A stretch of DNA of 64,000 nt from a bacterium. GTDB taxonomy: Bacteria; SAR324; NAC60-12. The stretch lies in contig CBDBHR010000030.1 in assembly GCA_965205865.1 (NCBI GenBank), positions 640,001 through 704,000 on the forward strand, read 5' to 3'. Below, in pieces: positions 51,230 to 62,505 of this stretch (position 1 is its first letter; every line of letters starts with the position of its first letter). The position numbers were made by a program, and so were the translations under genes. The notes under the pieces were generated by a model, which had not been told where the DNA came from, ran no database searches, and saw only the letters and a program-made list of their open reading frames with translations.

Positions 51230-51351
51230 AATGTCCTATGGCATGCTCTGAGAAAATGAAAATTCGGGTCAATCGAATATGTTAAAATTTATCGGAATGC
51301 TATTCAAGTAAAAAATCACGATTCACGCACCCTGACAAAATCCATATGCTT

Positions 51352-52176
51352 TCAATTTGTATAATTTTGATCCAGAACAAATTCTAAATCCTTCGTTCCC
51401 AAAGGAATGAGATCACTGGAACGCCCCACGATTTCTCCGGGAGCTGAGTGAAAAGGTTGATTATTTTTGTCTGTAAGGATTCGCAAGGAATACGATCCTT
51501 GCAACTTCTGCCCGGGCATCGCCTGGAGCTGCCCGATTGTAAAGGTTTGATTTTTTTGGAAGTGCGGTATGATTTTAATAGCCACCGGTCGTCCCTGTTT
51601 GGGATCAAATAACATAATCACCAGACGGTCCGTTTCATCAACTTGCGCCGCTAATTCAGCCTTGACCTTGACGCTCCCTTGAATCATCAAAACCGGGCCT
51701 TCATTTGCAGCATCGGATTGCAGCCTCGATGGCCACTGACGGAAGGGTTTGGTGAGATAATAATGGTAACCTTCTGTGGAGAGAGGAAGCGGCAAAGTGA
51801 TTTCTCCAGTCACCTCTCCCAAAACAGGGCGATTCAGCCTGCCATTTTTATCAGTCACAACCAACAGGTGGAAAGGCCCTTGCAGCTGATAATTACCCAG
51901 CACGTGTTCCTGGCCTACATGGAATGTTAAAGGTGGGACAAAGGGATTGAGGGTGTTGAGAGCAACAAGTTGTTGAGTTTGAGGGTCAATGAGCATGACA
52001 TGGGCATTGTCTGTCCTCACTACTCCCGTCCCTATTCCTGAAGCGAGATGAATCACGCCACTGATACTGGACTGCAATTGTTCTTGATTCCGGTCCAGTT
52101 CGCGCCACAATGCATATCCCATCAAGCAGATAAAAATCCCGAGTGCGCCGAGAAAGATGATTTTGTTCTTGTTCAT
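51352..52176 (-). CDS. Membrane-anchored protein with duplicated CcmI/CycH-C-like domain
   Basis: Two similar halves (ISG..MLIDP..TFHVGQ..LQG..TDKN and IQG..MLFDP..TFTIGQ..LQG..TDKN). Confidence 0.6.
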   Translation of the reverse strand: MNKNKIIFLGALGIFICLMGYALWRELDRNQEQLQSSISGVIHLASGIGTGVVRTDNAHVMLIDPQTQQLVALNTLNPFVPPLTFHVGQEHVLGNYQLQGPFHLLVVTDKNGRLNRPVLGEVTGEITLPLPLSTEGYHYYLTKPFRQWPSRLQSDAANEGPVLMIQGSVKVKAELAAQVDETDRLVIMLFDPKQGRPVAIKIIPHFQKNQTFTIGQLQAMPGQKLQGSYSLRILTDKNNQPFHSAPGEIVGRSSDLIPLGTKDLEFVLDQNYTN

Positions 52177-53690
52177 GCAATCATATCAGCCTGCGGAGAA
52201 GAGGGCAGTTCTGTGCTGCCCATCAGATAGAGATCAATAGTTCGTGCTGCTTCGCGTCCCTCCCAGATCGCCCAAACTACGAGAGAAGCTCCCCGCCTTG
52301 AATCTCCAGCAACAAAAACACCCTCCATGTTGGTCATAAAGTCGTTGTCGGTATGAATCGCAAACATCACGTCTCTTTTTTTCAGCATCTCGAGTACTTC
52401 CTGGGGACTTTGCGGTTCTTTGTGACCCCGAACACTGAGATGGACGCCCAAATCATATACAATTCCCTCGATAGTCGGTCCCAAAAATCCGAGGGCTAAA
52501 AAGAGAATGTCGGTTTCAATGACAAATTCGCTGTCCGATATTTTTTCCATCACCATATGCCCATTTTCTCGTTTCCAGATGACCTGAACGGCCTTCAGCG
52601 CCTTCAATCGTCCTTTCTCATCTCCAATCAATTCTTCCGTCAAAATGCCGGCACGGCAATCCATGGCAGCTTCTTCGTGTACCGGTGTGGGGCGAGGCAC
52701 CATATCGACCAACTCGAATTGATAGACTTTTTTTTTGGCTCTCTGCCTGTTGAGTGTTCCCAAACAATCGGCGCCAGTGAACCCTCCCCCTAAAATCGTC
52801 GCTGTCTTTCCCTCAGCAGAAATACGGATTTTCGGATCAATTGCATCCCCGGCATTGCTTCGATTTTGCTGAGGCAAATATTCCATGGCATAATGCACTC
52901 CCTGCAGATCATTGCCCGGAACCTTGAATTTTCGAGCATGTTGCGCCCCCATGGCCAAGAGAATGGCGTCATACCCTTCACGCAGTTCTTTCACACTGAC
53001 ATCTTTTCCCACATGCGTGTTTGTTTTAAAAACCACCCCTTCTTCCATCATTTGCGCCTCGCGGCGTTTAAGGTTGAGCTTGTCTAATTTGAAATCCGGA
53101 ATGCCATAGCCCAACAATCCACCAATCCGGTCATCTTTTTCGAAAACGACGACTTGATGTCCAACTCTTCTCAATTGTTGGGCTGCCGCCAAGCCCGCAG
53201 GGCCGGATCCAACAACTGCGATTTTCTTATTTGTTGATTTTTCAGGCAAAATGGGTTGAATCCAGCCTTCTTCCCATCCACGGTCCGCAATATGTTTTTC
53301 AATTTGTTCAATGGTGACGGAATTTTTCTTTTTGAGTTTCTCCCGTGAATCCAGAGTGTAGTATTCGTTGAGGACACATGCGTCTTCACAAGGTGCCGGA
53401 CAGATACGTCCAGTGAATTCCGGAAAATTGTTCGTGCTGTGTAGCGCATCCAGGGCTTCTTTCCAATGACCCCGGTAGACCAAATCATTCCAATCCGGAA
53501 TCAAATTGCCCAAAGGACATCCTGTATGGCAAAAAGGAATCCCACAATCCATACAACGTGAGGCTTGTTGACGAATCGCCGATTCGCCATAGAGGAAATC
53601 GTACTCTTTATAATCCAAGACACGCTTGGCAATAGGACGACGAGGCGCATTCTCTTTTTCAAATTCTAAAAAACCTGTGTCTTTACCCAT
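52173..53690 (-). CDS. gltD: Glutamate synthase small subunit
   Basis: RCMDCGIPFC, NNFPEFTGRICPAPCE, GSGPAGLAAA, RRGASLVVWAI. Confidence 0.95.
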   Translation of the reverse strand: MGKDTGFLEFEKENAPRRPIAKRVLDYKEYDFLYGESAIRQQASRCMDCGIPFCHTGCPLGNLIPDWNDLVYRGHWKEALDALHSTNNFPEFTGRICPAPCEDACVLNEYYTLDSREKLKKKNSVTIEQIEKHIADRGWEEGWIQPILPEKSTNKKIAVVGSGPAGLAAAQQLRRVGHQVVVFEKDDRIGGLLGYGIPDFKLDKLNLKRREAQMMEEGVVFKTNTHVGKDVSVKELREGYDAILLAMGAQHARKFKVPGNDLQGVHYAMEYLPQQNRSNAGDAIDPKIRISAEGKTATILGGGFTGADCLGTLNRQRAKKKVYQFELVDMVPRPTPVHEEAAMDCRAGILTEELIGDEKGRLKALKAVQVIWKRENGHMVMEKISDSEFVIETDILFLALGFLGPTIEGIVYDLGVHLSVRGHKEPQSPQEVLEMLKKRDVMFAIHTDNDFMTNMEGVFVAGDSRRGASLVVWAIWEGREAARTIDLYLMGSTELPSSPQADMIA

Positions 53691-53758
53691 TAATATCCTA
53701 CTTCTTACTGAGCTTGGCCGCTCCTTTGTATTGATCCTGTCATTCTTTTCCTGGGATA

Positions 53759-56700
53759 TCAGGCAGCCTGGGCTTTCATTTTTTCCAAGACCAGTCTGTA
53801 TTCGATGGGCATCACTTTGATAAAACGCTCAAGGCTATTCTCCCAGTCATTCAGGAGCATCTGAGCCTTGATACTGTGGGTATACCGGATATGTCTCCAT
53901 ATCCAATCTCTTACTTGCCGTTGTTCTTCCGGATCATCGAAGTTTTCCAATTCGACCATGTTCATGTTGCAATGGGACTGAAAAAGGCCATTCTCATCGA
54001 AAACGTAGGCAATACCCCCACTCATTCCTGCTGCGAAATTACGTCCGGTTTTCCCAAGTATGATGGCCATTCCTCCTGTCATGTACTCACATCCATGGTC
54101 ACCGACTCCCTCCACGACTGTAATGGCACCGCTATTTCTCACCGCAAACCGCTCTCCAGCCACGCCACTGAAATAAGCTTCCCCGCCTGTTGCGCCATAG
54201 AGAACAGTATTACCTATCAAAATGTTTTCATCCGCTTTATAGGTCGAATTTTCAGGAAAATAAATGATCAATCTGCCACCGCTGAGACCCTTGCCAGTGT
54301 AATCGTTGGCATCGCCCTCCAACTCCAGAGTGACGCCATGCGCTAAAAAGGCGCCGAAGCTTTGCCCCGCAGACCCGGTCAATTTGCAATGAATTGTTTC
54401 GTTGGGTAGTCCGGCCGACCCATATTTTTCGGCAATTCTCCCGCTCAAAATGGCACCGACCGTCCGATTGGTGTTGCGGATATCCATTGAAATGCTTACG
54501 GGCTCCTTTTTTTCAATTGCTTTCTCAGCCAATTCAAGTAGTTGGTAATCCAATTGGTTTTTTAAACCATGATCTTGTTGCTGGGTGCAGTAGATTGTAT
54601 CATTCTTGCCCACGGGCACTTTATGCAGAATTTGAGACAGATCCACATTTTTCGCCTTCCGATGGGTGACATCCTTTTGAGGTTCCAACATATCAGAACG
54701 GCCCACCAATTGATCAAATTTGTGAAAACCCGATTGAGCCATGATTTCCCGGACTTCATCGGCAACAAAGAAAAAGTAATTGATCACGTGTTCCGGCTGT
54801 CCGATGAACTTTTTCCGCAACACGGGATTCTGCGTTGCAATACCGACCGGACAGGTGTTGAGATGGCATTTGCGCATCATGATGCAGCCCACCGCAATCA
54901 AAGGCGCTGTAGAAAATCCGAATTCTTCCGCACCCAACATGGCGGCAATCACCACATCCCTGCCGGTTTTCAATTGTCCGTCAGTTTGCAGACGCACTCG
55001 CCCCCGCAAACGATTGAGGAGCAAAGTTTGATGGGTTTCAGAAATGCCAAGCTCCCAGGGAACTCCGGCATGTTTAATGGAGGTCAGGGGAGATGCTCCC
55101 GTACCTCCATCATGTCCACAGATGACAATCATATCGGCATGTCCTTTGGTCACTCCTGCGGCAATGGTGCCCACTCCAGATTCTGAAACCAATTTGACGG
55201 TGACCCGCGCCTTGGGATTGGCATTTTTTAAGTCGAATATCAGTTGGGCCAGATCCTCGATCGAGTAAATATCGTGATGCGGTGGGGGAGAAATCAAGGT
55301 CACGCCAGGAGTAGAATAGCGCACTTTCGCAATATACTCGCTGACTTTATTACCCGGTAATTGTCCCCCTTCGCCCGGTTTTGCCCCCTGAGCTATTTTG
55401 ATTTGCAGTTCGTTGCAGTTGACCAAATATTCAATCGTGACTCCAAAGCGTCCCGAGGCAACCTGTTTGATGGAACTGATAGGCCAGTCCCCGTTGTCTC
55501 GGCGATGAAAGCGCAGTGAATCTTCTCCACCTTCACCACTGTTACTTTTTGCGCCTATACGATTCATGGCCACGGCAAGCGTTTCATGGGCTTCTTTACT
55601 GATCGAACCCAATGACATGGCTCCTGTAGCAAAGCGTTTGACAATCTCCTCGACAGGTTCCACGTCCTGGAGAGGAATTGGCGTTCCTTTCTTGAATTCC
55701 AACAATCCTCTCAGGGTGGCTCTCTTTTTGTTTTGATCATTGACGATTCTCGAAAATTGCCGATAGGTCTCCTCATTGTTGTGTTGGGTCGCCTCCTGCA
55801 GTTTTTGAACCGTCACCGGATTGATTTGATGATACTCCCCACGACGGCGCCAGAAATACTGACCTCCCGGTTCCAGGGTATTTTCCACGTCCGGAGAATA
55901 CTGGTATGCATCGGCGTGACGCATCAGGGACTCTTGCGCAATCTCGTGCAATCCAATGCCACTGATCCTGGAAGGCGTGCCAGCAAAGTGTTCTTCAATC
56001 ACATCTTCATTGAGGCCAATCGCTTCAAAAATCTGGGCGCCTCGATAACTTTGAATCGTTGAAATTCCCATCTTTGCAAAGACTTTGAATAGCCCTTTTT
56101 TGATGCCTTTTAGATAGTTTACGATTGCTTTTTCATAGGTCAAGTCAGGCGAAAGCATGCCCTCTTGCAGCATTTGTTCAAATGTTTCAAAAGCCAGGTA
56201 AGGATTGATGGCGGCAGCGCCATAACCGATCAATAAACAAAAGTGCGCGATTTCCCGCGCCTCTCCGGTTTCAATGACAATCCCTGCCGAAGTTCGTAAA
56301 CGCTTGCGGATCAAGTGATGATGCACTGCAGCCACTGCCAACAAAGCCGGAATGGGCGCCATCGCTTCGTTGACGCCACGGTCTGAGAGGATCAACAAGG
56401 CATGTTCATTTCGTACAGCCTCTTTGGCCTGCCGACAAAGGGAGCCCAATGCTTTTTTTAAACCATCAGGACCTTGCTTTGCTTCAAACAAAATGCTCAG
56501 GGTGATGGTTTTGTAATCTTCCCGATGCAGTTCTTTGATTTGTTCCAATTGTTTATTGGTCAAAATGGGATGCTCAATTTTTAACAAATGCGCGTGCTCA
56601 GGCGTTTGTTGCAAAAGGTTTAATTCTTTCCCCAAATGACTGGTCAGCGACATTACCAACTCTTCCCGAATGGAATCGATGGCAGGGTTGCTCACCTGTG

Positions 56701-58252
56701 CGAATATTTGTTTAAAATAGTTGAAGAGCAAGACAGGTTGTTCTGAAAGCACGGCGAGAGGTGCGTCATTTCCCATAGAACCAGTCGCTTCCGAGCCGGC
56801 TGCTATCATCGGTTCGAGCAGCATATGCAGATCTTCCGTGGTATAACCGAACACTTTCTGCCGTGCTAAAAGTGTTTCAAAATCTGTCATCTGAATCTCA
56901 TTGGGTGCCGGCAAATCTTTCAAAAGGATCATCTCCTTTGCCAACCACTGCTCGTAGGGAAAACGTCCACAGATGTCTTCCTTCAATTCGGTGTCATCAA
57001 TAATACGCCCTTGTTTTGTATCGATTAAAAACATTTTTCCCGGCTGAAGTCGTCCTTTGTGAACAATGTCTTCGGGTGGGATATCCAAGACGCCGACCTC
57101 AGACGCCATCACCACCAGATCGTTCCTGGTCACAATAAAGCGTGCCGGTCTCAGGCCATTACGATCCAGAATGGCGCCAATTTGAACACCATCCGTAAAA
57201 GCCAGTGCAGCCGGACCATCCCAAGGTTCCATAAAATGTTCATGATACTGATAAAACGCTCGTTTTTTTGCTGTCATGTCCGGATCATTCTCCCAGGCTT
57301 CCGGAACCAGCATCATCATGGCATGTGCCAGTGAATAGCCTGAAAGGCTGAGGAATTCGACCACATTGTCCATACAGGCGGAATCACTACCTCGGGGTAC
57401 AATCAGAGGAAAGAGATTTTCAATATGAGCGTACAGCGGAGAAGCAAGGATCGCTTGTCGCGCTGTCATCCAATTGATGTTCCCACGTAAAGTGTTGATT
57501 TCTCCATTGTGCGCCAGATAACGAAATGGATGTGCCAGGTCCCAGCGGGGAAAGGTATTGGTAGGAAACCGCGTGTGCGCTATCACCAAAGCGCTTATAA
57601 AATTCTCGTGGTCCAGATCAGTATAAAACTTTCCCAATTGAAAGGGAGTGAGCATACCCTTATAAACAATTGTATTCGAAGACATGCTGGGGATGGTGAA
57701 ATCTTCTAAATGAATGGAGTTGCGAATTTGTTTGCGAACCACATAAAGTAAGCGCTCAAAAGCGTCTTGTGACATAGGTGTTTTGCATTGACCAATAAAA
57801 ATTTGACCAATCACCGGTTGCGCTTCTGCCGCCTGTTGCCCCACATGCTCCGAATCGATGGGTACGTCACGCCAGCCAAGGAGACGCAATCCTTCTTCTA
57901 CGACGATGCTTTCGATCACCTCCTTACAATAACGTTGATCTTTCTCGTCTTGAGGAAAAAATATCATCCCAATGCCGTACTCGCCTGCTTCAGGAAGCCG
58001 AATTTCCAGCTTTTGGCATTGCTCCACAAAAAAATCATGGGGTATCTGCAGTAAAAGCCCAGCGCCATCGCCTGTATCCGGATCAGCGCCCAGCGCGCCT
58101 CGGTGATTCAAATTGCAAAGCAATTGCTGTCCTTTTTCGACTATGTCATGTGATTTGCGCCCCTTTATGTCAACCACAAATGACACCCCACAGCTGTCAT
58201 GTTCAAATTGGGGGTCGTAAAGTCCTTGTTTCTTTGGATAACCTGTGTTCAT
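53759..58252 (-). CDS. gltB: Glutamate synthase large subunit
   Basis: EHDSCGV, HNGEINT, EPWDGPA, KIAQGAKPGEGG, CIMMRKCHLNTCP. Confidence 0.97.
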   Translation of the reverse strand: MNTGYPKKQGLYDPQFEHDSCGVSFVVDIKGRKSHDIVEKGQQLLCNLNHRGALGADPDTGDGAGLLLQIPHDFFVEQCQKLEIRLPEAGEYGIGMIFFPQDEKDQRYCKEVIESIVVEEGLRLLGWRDVPIDSEHVGQQAAEAQPVIGQIFIGQCKTPMSQDAFERLLYVVRKQIRNSIHLEDFTIPSMSSNTIVYKGMLTPFQLGKFYTDLDHENFISALVIAHTRFPTNTFPRWDLAHPFRYLAHNGEINTLRGNINWMTARQAILASPLYAHIENLFPLIVPRGSDSACMDNVVEFLSLSGYSLAHAMMMLVPEAWENDPDMTAKKRAFYQYHEHFMEPWDGPAALAFTDGVQIGAILDRNGLRPARFIVTRNDLVVMASEVGVLDIPPEDIVHKGRLQPGKMFLIDTKQGRIIDDTELKEDICGRFPYEQWLAKEMILLKDLPAPNEIQMTDFETLLARQKVFGYTTEDLHMLLEPMIAAGSEATGSMGNDAPLAVLSEQPVLLFNYFKQIFAQVSNPAIDSIREELVMSLTSHLGKELNLLQQTPEHAHLLKIEHPILTNKQLEQIKELHREDYKTITLSILFEAKQGPDGLKKALGSLCRQAKEAVRNEHALLILSDRGVNEAMAPIPALLAVAAVHHHLIRKRLRTSAGIVIETGEAREIAHFCLLIGYGAAAINPYLAFETFEQMLQEGMLSPDLTYEKAIVNYLKGIKKGLFKVFAKMGISTIQSYRGAQIFEAIGLNEDVIEEHFAGTPSRISGIGLHEIAQESLMRHADAYQYSPDVENTLEPGGQYFWRRRGEYHQINPVTVQKLQEATQHNNEETYRQFSRIVNDQNKKRATLRGLLEFKKGTPIPLQDVEPVEEIVKRFATGAMSLGSISKEAHETLAVAMNRIGAKSNSGEGGEDSLRFHRRDNGDWPISSIKQVASGRFGVTIEYLVNCNELQIKIAQGAKPGEGGQLPGNKVSEYIAKVRYSTPGVTLISPPPHHDIYSIEDLAQLIFDLKNANPKARVTVKLVSESGVGTIAAGVTKGHADMIVICGHDGGTGASPLTSIKHAGVPWELGISETHQTLLLNRLRGRVRLQTDGQLKTGRDVVIAAMLGAEEFGFSTAPLIAVGCIMMRKCHLNTCPVGIATQNPVLRKKFIGQPEHVINYFFFVADEVREIMAQSGFHKFDQLVGRSDMLEPQKDVTHRKAKNVDLSQILHKVPVGKNDTIYCTQQQDHGLKNQLDYQLLELAEKAIEKKEPVSISMDIRNTNRTVGAILSGRIAEKYGSAGLPNETIHCKLTGSAGQSFGAFLAHGVTLELEGDANDYTGKGLSGGRLIIYFPENSTYKADENILIGNTVLYGATGGEAYFSGVAGERFAVRNSGAITVVEGVGDHGCEYMTGGMAIILGKTGRNFAAGMSGGIAYVFDENGLFQSHCNMNMVELENFDDPEEQRQVRDWIWRHIRYTHSIKAQMLLNDWENSLERFIKVMPIEYRLVLEKMKAQAA

Positions 58253-58746
58253 AATGTTTTCCCTGTTTTTAGAAGCTTAACTTTCCTCAGATTGGCAGAC
58301 TTTTATTTAAACTTGTCTGGAATCGTATGCCCTTTGGGATCTCCGGGACTGGATTTTGGGCCAATCTGACGACCCATTGGGAACCCTATTTAAAAGAAGA
58401 CGTGGCGTTTTCTTTGGGTAGGAGGGTTCCCACCCGATCGATTAAACGACATTGTGGGAGGTTCGTTTCGCAAGAAGCTTCCTCTCAGTTTTCAGCGACT
58501 TCCGTTGCTTGTTTTTCCAATTACACAGACTCTTCTCTGCCAATCAAAACTGAAAGAAATTTCCCATTATGATTGATGAACAATGCGCAATATTAAACGA
58601 GCATCGGACTGAATTTCATGCAAAAGTCCCACTTTCTTTAATAGCGGCAATACGCTTTTTTCGTTGGGAAATAATAACCATTTATTAGCTTCGAGCAAAT
58701 CTTATAGTACGCACAAGCAGACAAAAATACATTGAAAGGTGAGTAA

Positions 58747-58964
58747 ATGCAAATTAAATTCGCTTGCAATATCGCTTGCAATCCTCCACAACAAGCAAAG
58801 ATGAATTTGATTGCCTCTCGTCTCCAAGAAATCGCCAACAGCCAATTTGCAGACGATGAAGCAGCCATGTGGGAAGAACTGGAATCATGAGGGTTCGATT
58901 TTCCATATCCGCAAAACAAGATATGAAATCCATAAAAGAAAATATGTGGCTAATGATCTGATAG
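58747..58964 (+). pseudogene. ParD/ParE-like toxin-antitoxin relic
   Basis: Short ORF ending QEIANSQFADDEAAMWEELES* overlaps (ATGA at 58887-58890) MRVRFSISAKQDMKSIKE, a ParE/RelE-type N-terminus that breaks off. Confidence 0.45.
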
Positions 58965-58993
58965 CCGCACTCAAGAGACAATGAGGAGCATCT

Positions 58994-59653
58994 ATGACCG
59001 TACTCGATTTATCAGTCGATGAATTGTTATCGACGACTCGTGCCGTGCGAAAGCGCTTGGACTTGAACCGACCTGTTGAGATCAGTCTTGTGAAAGAATG
59101 TCTGGAGCTTGCTCTACAGGCACCAAGCGGGTCCAATTCACAAAACTGGCATTTCTTAATTCTGACCGACTTCAACAAGAAACAACGCATTGCGGAGTAC
59201 TATCGTCGATCTTGGCATGGCTACGCTCAATCGACAGGAGCGGCGCACCGTCTGCATCAAGACGATCCGGTGCGGGGACCCACTCAAAAACGGGTGTTCG
59301 ACTCGGCCGAGTATCTTGCAGAGAATCTGGAGAAAGTTCCCGTTTTTCTCATTCCCTCTATTGCAGGGCGTGTGGAGGACGCCGGGGCTTCAAACGCCAC
59401 GCAAGCCGGCACCTACGGCTCCATTATCCCTGCTATCTGGAGTTTCATGCTTGCGGCACGCTCTCGCGGGTTGGCAACCTGCTGGACCTCCTTGCACCTT
59501 CCGTATGAAAGAGAAGTGGCAGAAATTCTGGGTATTCCTTTCCACGAAGTCACTCAAGTCGCCCTCATTCCGGTGGCCTATGCCAAAGGTATTCAATTCA
59601 AAGCGGCTGCTCGCAAACCCCTGCAAGAAGTTCTTCATCTGGAAGCGTGGTAA
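58994..59653 (+). CDS. Nitroreductase family protein
   Basis: LSTTRAVRKRL, QAPSGSNSQNW, FMLAARSRGL; GAGGAG RBS. Confidence 0.92.
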   Translation: MTVLDLSVDELLSTTRAVRKRLDLNRPVEISLVKECLELALQAPSGSNSQNWHFLILTDFNKKQRIAEYYRRSWHGYAQSTGAAHRLHQDDPVRGPTQKRVFDSAEYLAENLEKVPVFLIPSIAGRVEDAGASNATQAGTYGSIIPAIWSFMLAARSRGLATCWTSLHLPYEREVAEILGIPFHEVTQVALIPVAYAKGIQFKAAARKPLQEVLHLEAW

Positions 59654-59679
59654 AACACGGATAAGTTCAACTCGCAGTC

Positions 59680-59905
59680 GTCGAGATCAAAGAGAAACGA
59701 TTGTCAGCCGCCTTTCCCGGCAGAGCATCCCTCCTCAACTGTTATTGGTTGGTCGATGGATTGATGGAGGCGGGATACCGGGTACATTTAGCTAATCCGG
59801 TTAAAAACGTTCAATATTCCGGACTGAAACATAGCGATGATAAGTATGACGCTTTCTGGAATGACAACAAATACTTAGCCTGGGCTTTTGTGGAAGCGGC
59901 TCATT
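59680..59905 (+). pseudogene. IS110 transposase remnant
   Basis: YWLVDGLMEAGYRVHLANP...KHSDDKYDAFW fused to NKYLAWAFVEAAH. Confidence 0.75.
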
Positions 59906-60164
59906 TAGGTTACCCTGGTTCGTGGACGGAAAAGTTTATCTTTTACTTGCCTATTCCTCTGATGAGTGACCCCCTACACATTTATTACAGCAGAATACGC
60001 TGATTTACTCGGTCCGACCCGATTCCGTCAATCTCCATACTGAATTGACATTTTTGGTTAGATAAATAACAATCAATTCAACACAAATACTGATATAAAT
60101 TATTCGCAAATTACATTATTTTGGATATATCTAGTAGAAAATAGTCATTTTTTGTAAGCATTCG

Positions 60165-61463
60165 ATGAAGCGACAATTATATCACAAGTTGTTGGAATGG
60201 AAGGAGGATCGTTTCAGAAAACCATTGCTTCTTCAAGGTGCCAGACAGGTTGGTAAAACATATTTATTAAAAGAATTTGCGAACAACGAGTATGAGGACA
60301 TCGCCTATTTTGATTTTGAGCAAGAGCCAGATTTAAAATCGATCTTCGAACACTCATTGAAGCCCTCACATCTACTCGAAAATCTATCAGCATTTTCAGG
60401 TAAAAAAATCGTTCCTCAAAAGACATTAATCATATTTGATGAAATTCAGGTCTCTTCGAAAGCATTAACCAGTTTAAAGTATTTCTGTGAAGAGGCGCCG
60501 GATTTTCACCTGGCTGCTGCGGGTTCTCTTTTGGGAGTGAGCATTGGAAAGGAAAGCAGTTTTCCTGTGGGTAAAGTCAGTTTTATGAGGTTGTATCCCT
60601 TAAATTTTTTTGAGTATTTAGAAGCCGCCGGACAAGACGCTTTAGTTTCACTGTTGACCGTCAAAAACGATTGGCATCCCCTTCCTGAATTGTTTCATAA
60701 CAGACTCCTTGAACTCTATAAATTTTATTTATATCTTGGAGGCATGCCTGAAGTCATTCAGGATTATATTATTGACCAGGATATTGCGAAAGTGAGAAAG
60801 ATTCAGAGGGAAATCTTGCGAGCATATGAAAGTGATTTTTCAAAATATGCAACAAAAAGTGAGGCTATTCGAATCTCGGAAATATGGCATTCTATTCCAA
60901 CACAGCTTGCCAGGGAGAACAAGAAATTCAAATATAATGATGTCGTAAAGGGAGGAAGATCCTCCCAGTTTGTGTCGGCAATAGAATGGTTGCGTAAAAA
61001 CGGTTTGATTATCCTTTCATACAATCTAAACACACCTAAATTGCCCCTGTCGAATTATGCGGATCAGAGTAAATTCAAGACATACCTACTTGACCTTGGA
61101 CTCTTGGGTGCCATGCTTGATCTTGATTCAAGACTCATCACCTCTTCAAGCGGCATATTGGAAGAAACCAAGGGCGCATATGTCGAAAATTATGTTGCGG
61201 CAGAACTGACCGCTTACGGTTGTGAAAAGTTATACTATTGGAGCAGTAAGAGCACAGCCGAAGTTGATTTTTTGATATCAAAGAATAACCTGGTGTTTCC
61301 CATTGAAGTCAAAAGCGGATATTCAAGAAAAGGAAAAAGCCTTAGTGTTTATAAAAACAAATTTCATCCAACGAATGTTTTTCGAATTTCTCCACGCAAC
61401 TTCACTCAAGATAATCAATTCAAGAATATTCCTTTATACTCCGTTTCAAAAATGCTGACTTGA
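60165..61463 (+). CDS. AAA_14 ATPase with DUF4143 domain
   Basis: GARQVGKT, FDEIQ, AAGSLLG, FPVGKV, GGMPE, AEVDF..PIEVKSG. Confidence 0.9.
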   Translation: MKRQLYHKLLEWKEDRFRKPLLLQGARQVGKTYLLKEFANNEYEDIAYFDFEQEPDLKSIFEHSLKPSHLLENLSAFSGKKIVPQKTLIIFDEIQVSSKALTSLKYFCEEAPDFHLAAAGSLLGVSIGKESSFPVGKVSFMRLYPLNFFEYLEAAGQDALVSLLTVKNDWHPLPELFHNRLLELYKFYLYLGGMPEVIQDYIIDQDIAKVRKIQREILRAYESDFSKYATKSEAIRISEIWHSIPTQLARENKKFKYNDVVKGGRSSQFVSAIEWLRKNGLIILSYNLNTPKLPLSNYADQSKFKTYLLDLGLLGAMLDLDSRLITSSSGILEETKGAYVENYVAAELTAYGCEKLYYWSSKSTAEVDFLISKNNLVFPIEVKSGYSRKGKSLSVYKNKFHPTNVFRISPRNFTQDNQFKNIPLYSVSKMLT

Positions 61464-61757
61464 AGGCAAGGCTCCATGGCGGTTGGCCCACTTTTCCCAA
61501 AGCCGCTTGCAAGCTCTAAAACTGTATGACGATTATGTGTAGGACGGAATCGAATCCGGAGTACAAATGACAGCAGACCCTCCGCTGCACGCCTGTTTTT
61601 TGTAAGACCGGTTCTTCGGAAGAACAATGCTCCAGCGAGAACGATATAAGATTGAGGCGCTTTTGAAAGCCGGTCATCCTCAATAAGGCACCTCCCGCTG
61701 GCCTCGAGAGCATGCGGTTGGATGGGGTTTGCGACCCGATTGGGGAGATGGCTCCTC

Positions 61758-62095
61758 CTAAGAGAACGGGTTGATCAGTCGGGCCAGGAGGCCTCTTTTG
61801 CGTTTCCTGGCGCCATAACTTCCCTGACTGCCCCGCATTCGGGGATCGAGCAGATCCCGCATGGCATCGCCGAACATGTTGAGAGAGTAGACGACAATCG
61901 TCAGGCAAAGCCCCGGCCACAGCGCCAGCCTTGGCGCCGCCTCCATGTAGATGCGTCCTTCCTGGCTGAGCATCCCCCCCCACTCAGGAGTGCCGAGAGG
62001 CAAGCCGTAACCGAGGAAGCTCAGAGCAGCCACGCCCATGATGACGCCTCCTATGTTGATCGAAAAGGTGATGATGAGGACAGGCATAATATTGG
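61758..62095 (-). pseudogene. DppC-like permease, 3' fragment
   Basis: PNIMPVLII...NPFS*, joined by deletion to the dppB fragment. Confidence 0.85.
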
Positions 62096-62505
62096 GAAGA
62101 ACAGGTTGATCCCGGAGATCATCGGGTAGTCCCGTTCTTCGAGTGACGCCACCATGAGACGACCAAGCCCCGGCAGGTTGAAGATATTCTCCATGATCAC
62201 GGCGCCGCCGACCAGGATTGGCAACTGCATACCGCAGAGAGGCTGGGCGGCCGCAGCGCGGCCAATAAGCCCCGCTGAACGCGTCACTATCGGTATGAGG
62301 GCATTCTTGATCGCGTGTCGGACAATAACCATCCTCTCCTTCAGACCCTTGGACCAGGCGGTGCGGATATAGTCCTGCCTTAGACCTCCAGCATCATCGT
62401 GCGGGTCAGGCGCATGGTGGATGCCGAGAGGTAGGTCCCCAGAATCAGGCTGGGAATGAAGAACACCGCCAGATTCCCCAGCGGGTCTTCCGCGAAAGAG
62501 ACCAT
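62096..62505 (-). pseudogene. DppB-like permease, internal fragment, frameshifted
   Basis: EDPLGNLAVFFIPSLILG...(shift)...LRQDYIRTAWSKG...GINLFF. Confidence 0.85.

Noticed and set aside
57545-57580. gltB HTRFPTNTFP instead of the usual RFSTNTFP
   Set aside because: Single substitution in an otherwise intact gene; cannot separate natural variant from error
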